Source: Marinicella sp.
Lineage (GTDB): Bacteria > Pseudomonadota > Gammaproteobacteria > Xanthomonadales > Marinicellaceae
Direction of reading: 5' to 3'
DNA length: 64,000 bases
NCBI GenBank assembly: GCA_965230295.1
Contig: OZ246001.1
Location: 1,728,001-1,792,000 of the forward strand
Below, one piece after another: positions 57,241 through 64,000 of the stretch (positions are counted from its first letter, which is position 1; each line of letters opens with the position of its first letter). The notes beneath the pieces are model-generated. The model was not told the DNA's origin. It did no database searches and saw only the letters and a program-made list of their open reading frames with translations. Both the position numbers and the translations under genes were made by a program.

Positions 57241-59295
57241 GTGCCAAAGAAAAAAGCAACCAAAAGTAAAATCAAGAAATACCTGTTCAAGTCCGTGCTG
57301 TTCATGGTGGGGCTCATGGCCGGGCTGGTGGTGCCTTGGTATTTTTACATCAATTACATCACAGACACCATCGTTCAAGACCGATGGGACATACCCTCGG
57401 TGGTCTATGCGCGTCCCTTGGAGTTGTATCAAGGGCTCACGTTGTCACCACAAGCATTGACCTTTGAGCTGGATTTGTTGGGCTATCAGCCCACTGCAGA
57501 CGCACCCAACCCTGGCCAATATAAACGTGAGGGCAAGCGTTATTGGATCCACAGTAAAGGTTTTGAGTTTCCAGATGCTGCTGCCAAAGCGCAATTGATT
57601 GAATTCTCTTTGAATGGGCCATCCATCCAATCCATCACCCCAAAACTGGCCAGGTTGGAACCGCCGATCATTGGTCGTTTTTTCACCACAGACTTTGAAA
57701 ATCGTTTGCCAATTAAACTGGCGGAGATTCCTGACAGCATGATTCGTGGCTTGCAAGCAGTCGAAGACCGTGACTTCAAAAACCACCACGGCGTTTCCTG
57801 GTGGGGTATCATGCGAGCTGCTGTTAAAAACTTAATGGCAGGAGAAGTGGTACAAGGTGGCAGCACCATCACCCAACAGCTGATCAAGAATAAATTACAT
57901 TACAGTCAAAACAGTTTGTTGCGAAAGTTGCATGAAGCCCTGGCGGCAACTTTGTTGGAAACCAAGTTAAGCAAAGCACAAATATTAGAGTCTTACTTTA
58001 ATGAAGTTTATTGGGGTCAAGATGGCAAAGTGGCTGTCCATGGGGTGGTTGAAGCAGCTCAGTATTATTTTGCCAAACCTGTGGCTCGTTTGAATTTGGC
58101 AGAGCAGGCCTTGCTGGTGGGCATCATCAAAGGCCCTTCCTGGTACAACCCATACCGCCAAACCAAACGGGCCTTATTGCGCCGCAATGTGGTGTTAAAA
58201 AGTTGGTTGGAAACCGGGGTCATCAATGCAGCGCAGCACCAAAAAGCCACGCATTTGCCGCTGGGGTTGTCTAAAAGTCGACAGTTGAAAACGGACTTTG
58301 ACGATTACATGGATGTGGTGAAGCGGCAGATTAAAAAGCAGTTTTCTTTACAAGACTTGAAAAGCAATGGATTGAGGATTTTCACCAGTATGGATCCATT
58401 TGTGCAATACAAGACCACCCAAACGGCCAAAAAAACCAGCGATTGGCTGTCTGATGATGTAGAAAGTGCCATCCTGGTCAGTGGTGCAAAGAATGGTGAA
58501 TTATTGGCTGTAACGGGATCGAAATCAGCGCGTTCGCATTACAACAGGGCCTTGTTAGCAAAACGTCAAATTGGCTCTTTAATCAAACCTTTGGTTTATT
58601 TAGCAGGTCTCGAGTTGTTGTCAGGGTTCAATCTGGATGAAACGTTACAAGATGAGCCATTGCAGGTAACCACTGCAGACAACAAAACTTGGCAGCCTAA
58701 CAATTGGGACCGGCAGAGCTTGGGAGCCATCAGTGCCGCTACCGCATTGATTCAATCCCGCAACCAAGCCACTGTCGATTTAGGCTTGCGCATTAACTTG
58801 AATCGTTTCATTGCCTTTCTGAAACAGTTGGGACTACAAGTTCAACGCAACAACCACCCAGCCTTGTTTCTTGGAGCCATTGAGCTGACACCATTTGAAG
58901 TCCAGCATTTATTTGGGATATTTGCATCTCGAGGAGCCAACCAATACATCAATTCTATCCGTTATGTGACCGATCAAAATAACCAAATTCTCAGTCGTTC
59001 ACAACAATCAATGAACCATGACCTGGCGGTCGGCAACATTGACACCATCAATTGGGCCATGCATCAAATCACCATCGAAGGGACCGCTAAAAAATTAACC
59101 CATGCATTCGAATTGGCTGGTCCCATGTTTGGCAAGACGGGCACCACCAATGACGGTAAAGACAGTTGGTTTGCTGGCTTCACACATGATTATTTGGTCA
59201 CTGTTTGGGTTGGCAGAGATGACAACAAACCGACACCCTATTCGGGCAGTAATGGTGCTTTGATCCTGTGGGGGCATTTGTTCAAAAACCTTTGA
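57241..59295 (+). CDS. mrcB: Penicillin-binding protein 1B
   Basis: TM, UB2H (VYARPLEL), GT51 EDRDF/GGSTITQQL, transpeptidase SLIK, SRN, KTGT. Confidence 0.9.
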   Translation: MPKKKATKSKIKKYLFKSVLFMVGLMAGLVVPWYFYINYITDTIVQDRWDIPSVVYARPLELYQGLTLSPQALTFELDLLGYQPTADAPNPGQYKREGKRYWIHSKGFEFPDAAAKAQLIEFSLNGPSIQSITPKLARLEPPIIGRFFTTDFENRLPIKLAEIPDSMIRGLQAVEDRDFKNHHGVSWWGIMRAAVKNLMAGEVVQGGSTITQQLIKNKLHYSQNSLLRKLHEALAATLLETKLSKAQILESYFNEVYWGQDGKVAVHGVVEAAQYYFAKPVARLNLAEQALLVGIIKGPSWYNPYRQTKRALLRRNVVLKSWLETGVINAAQHQKATHLPLGLSKSRQLKTDFDDYMDVVKRQIKKQFSLQDLKSNGLRIFTSMDPFVQYKTTQTAKKTSDWLSDDVESAILVSGAKNGELLAVTGSKSARSHYNRALLAKRQIGSLIKPLVYLAGLELLSGFNLDETLQDEPLQVTTADNKTWQPNNWDRQSLGAISAATALIQSRNQATVDLGLRINLNRFIAFLKQLGLQVQRNNHPALFLGAIELTPFEVQHLFGIFASRGANQYINSIRYVTDQNNQILSRSQQSMNHDLAVGNIDTINWAMHQITIEGTAKKLTHAFELAGPMFGKTGTTNDGKDSWFAGFTHDYLVTVWVGRDDNKPTPYSGSNGALILWGHLFKNL

Positions 59296-59356
59296 TACAC
59301 GGCCTTTCTGAACCATGGTACGACCTTTGGGATTTTGAAAAATTTGTATTGATGGC

Positions 59357-59384
59357 TTGATAAATCGGCGTTTAAAGCTATGAT
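59357..59384 (+). promoter_or_regulatory. sigma70-like promoter immediately before the TPR lipoprotein gene
   Basis: TTGATA-16 bp-TATGAT; ATG 8 nt downstream; no SD. Confidence 0.5.
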
Positions 59385-59392
59385 TAAGCGCT

Positions 59393-59893
59393 ATGTCAAA
59401 ACACAACCCCACAACCCCTCTGAAAATCTTTGGTATTGTTACGGTGGCTGTTCTATTAAGTCACTGTAGTTACAAACGTGTGGACGTAGAAAAAGATGTC
59501 CGCGAGCCTGCCAGAGACAATGATTCACTGATTCAAGTTTCACCGATGGTGCCAGCCGCTGTGTATGCCTTGATCAACGAAGCAGACATGCAAATGAGTG
59601 ATGGTCAAGTTAAGCTTGCCATTCTGACATTAAAAAGGGCCTTATCGATCAGCCCGGCCTCCGCTTTGGTGCAACAACATTTGTCAGAAGCTTATTTGTC
59701 AGATGCTGATTACAAGCAAGCCCTGTATTGGTCTACATTGGTGGTCAACCAGGGCCCTGATCAGGGAGCTTTGTGTGAACGATCCAGGCGAACCCAAGCG
59801 TTGGCAGCAGAATTGTTGAATGAAGTGGTGGTTCAGGCCCAGGCTTTGGATGCCATTGCTGAATGCACCACCAAAAAGCCGGCGCGCTTTTGA
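59393..59893 (+). CDS. TPR lipoprotein, LpoP-like candidate PBP1B activator
   Basis: Lipobox-like LLSH-C; TPR-like A..TLKRALSISP...LSEAY; directly downstream of mrcB. Confidence 0.65.
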   Translation: MSKHNPTTPLKIFGIVTVAVLLSHCSYKRVDVEKDVREPARDNDSLIQVSPMVPAAVYALINEADMQMSDGQVKLAILTLKRALSISPASALVQQHLSEAYLSDADYKQALYWSTLVVNQGPDQGALCERSRRTQALAAELLNEVVVQAQALDAIAECTTKKPARF

Positions 59894-61803
59894 TGCATAC
59901 AATCGAGCAGGTGCTGGGTGAAGGTGGGTTATTTGAGCAACAAATAGACTCTTTCAAACCCCGTTCTCAGCAGTTGGCTATGGCTGAACACATTGCGGCC
60001 GTGATGGCTGACCAACACATCCTGATTGCTGAAGCTGGTACGGGTACGGGAAAAACCTATGCCTATTTAATTCCGGCACTGATCTCTGGTCAAAAAATCA
60101 TCGTTTCTACCGGTACCAAAACCCTCCAGGACCAGTTGTTCACCAAAGACATACCTCTGCTGTTGGATTTGTTGAGCCTAAAACCCAAAGTGAGGTTACT
60201 TAAAGGCCGCAACAATTACCTGTGTTTAGACAGGTACCATAAATCGGCGCTGATGCCCGTCAGTCGCTATCCAGAAAACAAGGCACTATTTGGCCACTTG
60301 AAAAACTGGATTCACCAAACCAACAGTGGTGAAATCGCTGAGTTGACTGAATACATTGAAAACCGCATGATGTTATCCAACATCACATCAACCCCGGAAA
60401 ATTGTTTGGGTTCTGATTGTGATCATTACAATGATTGTTTTGTCTACAAAGCCAGGCGCCGGGCTTTGGATGCGGATTTACTGGTGATCAACCACCATTT
60501 GTTGTTTGCTGATATGGCGATCAAACAAGGGGGTTTTGGCGAGCTGTTACCGAAAGCAGATGTGATGGTGTTGGATGAATCGCACCAAATTCCAGAAATT
60601 GCCGGACGTTTTTTCAGTCAATTGTTCAGTTCCCGACAATGCAGTGAATTACTCAATGACCTGCTGACAGAAGCCGGAGAGGTGGATGCGGCTTTTGCTG
60701 CCATCAGCGAACCACATGAACAGATGAAAAGGGCTTTGCGAGACACTTTGTTGTCGATGAGTCAAATGCCAGAACGAGAGAGCACCAAACGTTTGTTCCA
60801 AACCCCAATCATCATTGAGGTGTTTGACTTATTGATGCACCACATGGGCTTATTGGTGAATGCCTTAGAACCACTGGTGGTACAAAGCACAGGCCTGCAG
60901 AATTGTTATTTACGTTTGACGGCTTTGGGTGATTTGTTACAAGACATGATGCAACAAGGTGAGTCCAATTTTATTTATTGGTTCGAGGCCAGGGACAAGT
61001 ATTTTGCCTTACACAAATCCCCGTTAGACATTGCTGATCCACTGCGAGAATTCAGGGCGGCTTTTGATACGGCATGGGTGATGACTTCAGCGACTTTAAC
61101 GGTTAATAACAGTTTTGAACATTTTCAACAACAGACCGGGTTTGATGATGCCCAGACATTGTTGTTAGACAGCCCGTTTGATTACCAAAAACAGGCTTTG
61201 ATGTTGTTGCCAAAAAACCTGCCAGAACCCAATGACTATGAGTTCAATCCGGCCATGTTTGAATATGTTTTGCCCTTGATAGAACAAGCCAAAGGCGGGG
61301 TGTTTTTCTTGTTCACTTCACACCGGTCATTACAAATGGCTGCACACTTCTTCAAAGCAAAAACCCACAAGCCGCTGTTTGTTCAAGGCACGGCTGATCG
61401 CAATCAAATGCTCGAGGATTTCAGGGCCGCGGGCAATGGTTTGTTGCTGGGTGCCGCCAGTTTCTGGGAAGGCGTTGATGTTTCAGGGACCAGCCTCAGT
61501 TGTGTCATCATCGATAAACTGCCATTTGCCCATCCCAGTGAACCGGTGTTGAAAGCCAAGATCGAGCACATCAACAAACAGGGTGGCAAGGCATTTTATG
61601 ATTTACAAATTCCCAAAGCCATCATTGCCTTGAAACAGGGTGCCGGGCGGTTGATCAGAGGCGAACAAGACCATGGTGTTTTGGTCATTTGTGACCGCAG
61701 AATCACCAGCAAAGGATATGGACCCTTGTTCCTAAAATCGCTGCCAAATATGCAAATCAGTCATGACCTTGAAACAGCCCTGAGCTTTTTAGCCGAGTTG
61801 TAG
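59893..61803 (+). CDS. yoaA: DinG/YoaA family Fe-S DNA helicase
   Basis: EAGTGTGKT, KGRNNYLC, C....C....C cluster, DESH, SAT, FWEGVD, QGAGRLIR. Confidence 0.88.
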   Translation: MHTIEQVLGEGGLFEQQIDSFKPRSQQLAMAEHIAAVMADQHILIAEAGTGTGKTYAYLIPALISGQKIIVSTGTKTLQDQLFTKDIPLLLDLLSLKPKVRLLKGRNNYLCLDRYHKSALMPVSRYPENKALFGHLKNWIHQTNSGEIAELTEYIENRMMLSNITSTPENCLGSDCDHYNDCFVYKARRRALDADLLVINHHLLFADMAIKQGGFGELLPKADVMVLDESHQIPEIAGRFFSQLFSSRQCSELLNDLLTEAGEVDAAFAAISEPHEQMKRALRDTLLSMSQMPERESTKRLFQTPIIIEVFDLLMHHMGLLVNALEPLVVQSTGLQNCYLRLTALGDLLQDMMQQGESNFIYWFEARDKYFALHKSPLDIADPLREFRAAFDTAWVMTSATLTVNNSFEHFQQQTGFDDAQTLLLDSPFDYQKQALMLLPKNLPEPNDYEFNPAMFEYVLPLIEQAKGGVFFLFTSHRSLQMAAHFFKAKTHKPLFVQGTADRNQMLEDFRAAGNGLLLGAASFWEGVDVSGTSLSCVIIDKLPFAHPSEPVLKAKIEHINKQGGKAFYDLQIPKAIIALKQGAGRLIRGEQDHGVLVICDRRITSKGYGPLFLKSLPNMQISHDLETALSFLAEL

Positions 61804-61870
61804 AGGGACTATTGGCTAAAAAACATCACAATTCACAGAAAATTAAGCCCATCCGTGTTAATTTCTAGTC

Positions 61871-63982
61871 ATGGTCCGGACATTGTATTTACAGATAATC
61901 GTCATTAGCATGCTTGGTTGGTCTTTTGCCAGCCAGTCTCAATCGAAGGTGTCTGGTTGGCAGGTGGATACTGTGCACGGTCCTTCACAACAAGGCATTG
62001 CTGACAGCATAGCATTGGATTTCAACCAGGATGGTCGATTGGATGTGGCTTCAGTGTCATACAACGATGGTCACTTAAGGCTGTATTTAAATCAAGGCAA
62101 CCTCGTTTTTGATCAACAGATCATCAGCACAGATTTATTTGGCGCATTTCGAATCGTCAAAGCAGATTTGAATGACGACAATGAATTTGACTTTATAGTC
62201 CCATCGATAGAGACTTCTGAAATCATTGCCGTGATGAGTGGTCCTGATGGACATGAAAAGCAAGTCATTGCTTCAGGTGTGTTGGTTCCCAGTGATGCCC
62301 AGGTTGGGTTTCTCAATGACGATGATTTATTGGATGTGGCAAGCACTTCATTTCAGGAGGGATTGCTGCTGGCACATCTACAACAAATCGATGGCAGTTT
62401 TGAAACCGAAATCATTTCAGATGTGCCTGTAAACCCCAGAAAAATGGTGCTTGAAGATTTCGATAACGATGGCTTGGTTGATGTGTTGTTGGCCTCATCA
62501 GGTGACGATTCAATCAGGCTTTTCACAAAGCAGCAAAATGATGGGTATGTTGAGACATTGATCAGCAACCAAGCCCTGGGTACCAGGTACACGGAATCTT
62601 GTGACGTCAATGGCGACATGTTACCTGATTTTGTGGTTTCAGCATCAGACGCAAACACCATCTGGGTCTATACAAATTTGGGGTCTAACACATTCAGTCA
62701 AACAGAGCTGGACAATGATGTGGCAGGGGTTCGTTCCTTGTACTGTGTTGACATTGATGATGACGGTCAGCAAGAATTACTCAACTTAGCAGCAGTCACC
62801 GGGGTGATTTATGCCCATGAATTGAAGGGCCCAGTCAACAGGGTTGAAGTGGCCAGTAACAGAGATGGGTATGTCAATGTCAAAGCAGGGGTGTTTACAG
62901 GTGATCAAACAAGCTTATTAACCCAAACGTTTTTTGATAACAGAAATTTGTTGTATGACCCGCTATCAACCAATCAAGAACAAGTGGTTTGGGAAGATTT
63001 TCCAGATGGGGCCAGTGATGTCAAAATGGGAGACATCAACAATGACGGGGTGGAAGATTTGGTGGCATCCAGTTTCAGAGACGATCGGGTGCAATGGTAT
63101 GATGGCACAACCTTTCAACATCACATCATAGCTGAAAATATAGATGGGGCCGCAGAGGTTTTGGTGGTTGATCTGGATGATGACGGATGGGTGGATGTGT
63201 TGTCAGCCGCTTCTTTTGCCAACACTTTTTATTGGCATCGAAATACCGGCAATGAGGTGTTCAATACCTTGGTCATTTTCGACGATGCGCGTTTTGCCAA
63301 TGGATTGGCTGTCGCTGATCTTGATGAAGATGGCCAATTAGATGTGGTCGGGACTTCAGGTTCTGATGACAGTGTCAGGTTGTTTACCCGCAATGGCGTG
63401 TCATTCACTGTACAGTTGCTTGATGACCAAAATGATGCCCCCAATGAGGTCAAAATATATGATATGGACGGAGACATGGATCTTGATTTGGTGGTTCCAT
63501 ATACGTTCTCTGACGAGTTGGTGATGTATGAAAATTTGGGAGGTGCTTTTAGCAGCCAAGTTCTGGCATCAAACCTGGACAGGATTGACTCCACCGCAAT
63601 AACCGACATCAACAATGATGGGTTCATGGATATATTGGCCAGTGTTGCTGGAGATGATGTGGTGGTTAAGTTGATCAATCAAGCCAATGGTGTATTCGTG
63701 CAAGAACCATTGATTCAAGACATTGAAACGCCTAAGAGAATCAAGTTCAATTCAGCCACCCCATACAATTTTTTACAAACCAACTTTTTCCCGAATGGTG
63801 TTGAAGTTGCTTCCATTTATAACTTAGGCGGGGTTCCCGGTGATTATGGTGACTTGTTGTTCGAGTTCAGCAATGCATTGTCCAACTCCAGTCACGTTTT
63901 TTTGGCTTCTTTGCAAGATTTGATTTATGCTGATGGATTTCAAACACAACAAGCCTTCACTCTTGATATTGACCATCCATAA
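61871..63982 (+). CDS. Secreted FG-GAP/VCBS repeat protein with near-terminal DLIYADGFQ motif
   Basis: Signal peptide; many DxDxDG..D repeats (DFNQDGRLD, DFDNDGLVD, DINNDGVED, DLDEDGQLD, DMDGDMDLD). Confidence 0.9.
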   Translation: MVRTLYLQIIVISMLGWSFASQSQSKVSGWQVDTVHGPSQQGIADSIALDFNQDGRLDVASVSYNDGHLRLYLNQGNLVFDQQIISTDLFGAFRIVKADLNDDNEFDFIVPSIETSEIIAVMSGPDGHEKQVIASGVLVPSDAQVGFLNDDDLLDVASTSFQEGLLLAHLQQIDGSFETEIISDVPVNPRKMVLEDFDNDGLVDVLLASSGDDSIRLFTKQQNDGYVETLISNQALGTRYTESCDVNGDMLPDFVVSASDANTIWVYTNLGSNTFSQTELDNDVAGVRSLYCVDIDDDGQQELLNLAAVTGVIYAHELKGPVNRVEVASNRDGYVNVKAGVFTGDQTSLLTQTFFDNRNLLYDPLSTNQEQVVWEDFPDGASDVKMGDINNDGVEDLVASSFRDDRVQWYDGTTFQHHIIAENIDGAAEVLVVDLDDDGWVDVLSAASFANTFYWHRNTGNEVFNTLVIFDDARFANGLAVADLDEDGQLDVVGTSGSDDSVRLFTRNGVSFTVQLLDDQNDAPNEVKIYDMDGDMDLDLVVPYTFSDELVMYENLGGAFSSQVLASNLDRIDSTAITDINNDGFMDILASVAGDDVVVKLINQANGVFVQEPLIQDIETPKRIKFNSATPYNFLQTNFFPNGVEVASIYNLGGVPGDYGDLLFEFSNALSNSSHVFLASLQDLIYADGFQTQQAFTLDIDHP

Positions 63983-64000
63983 TCTTTTTGTTTTTAATAA

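Noticed and set aside
1-64000. Prophage, IS, integron, CRISPR array or known anti-phage defence system
   Set aside because: No integrase, transposase, phage structural or cas ORFs and no regularly spaced repeat array were recognised; the Ser/Thr kinase context looks like signalling rather than a known defence operon.

Overview
Gene-dense chromosomal window of a Gammaproteobacterium. Gene content, gene order and the C-terminal motifs below suggest a marine Marinicella-like/Lysobacterales-related lineage (inference). Core loci: tRNA-Lys(TTT), xthA-yceJ-yceI, ruvCAB-ybgC-tolQRAB (no pal/cpoB after tolB), two bacterioferritin genes, gloA, dgkA, an orphan gcvPB, and mrcB-TPR lipoprotein-yoaA. Many accessory genes are interspersed. 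No integrase, transposase, rRNA or CRISPR array was seen. Most interesting signals: (1) three unrelated signal-peptide-bearing proteins (Spondin_N, cohesin-like, FG-GAP repeat) share a short near-C-terminal motif D-x-[IV]-[FY]-x-[SD]-[NDG]-F-[EDQ], a candidate uncharacterised sorting/anchoring signal; (2) a three-gene module with a soluble Hanks-type Ser/Thr kinase between two membrane receptors that have no output domain (heme-motif-less DUF3365+HAMP; 4-helix sensor+HAMP+GAF); (3) a BlaI/BlaR1(M56)-HEAT pair divergent from a DUF5916 outer-membrane protein and a PD40 protein, with two 22-bp near-identical operator-like sites; (4) several apparently leaderless genes; (5) a secreted His/Tyr/Asn/Gly-rich low-complexity protein with an OmpR-type direct-repeat site also found upstream of a TonB receptor. 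All family calls come from motif recognition by eye; no database search was run.
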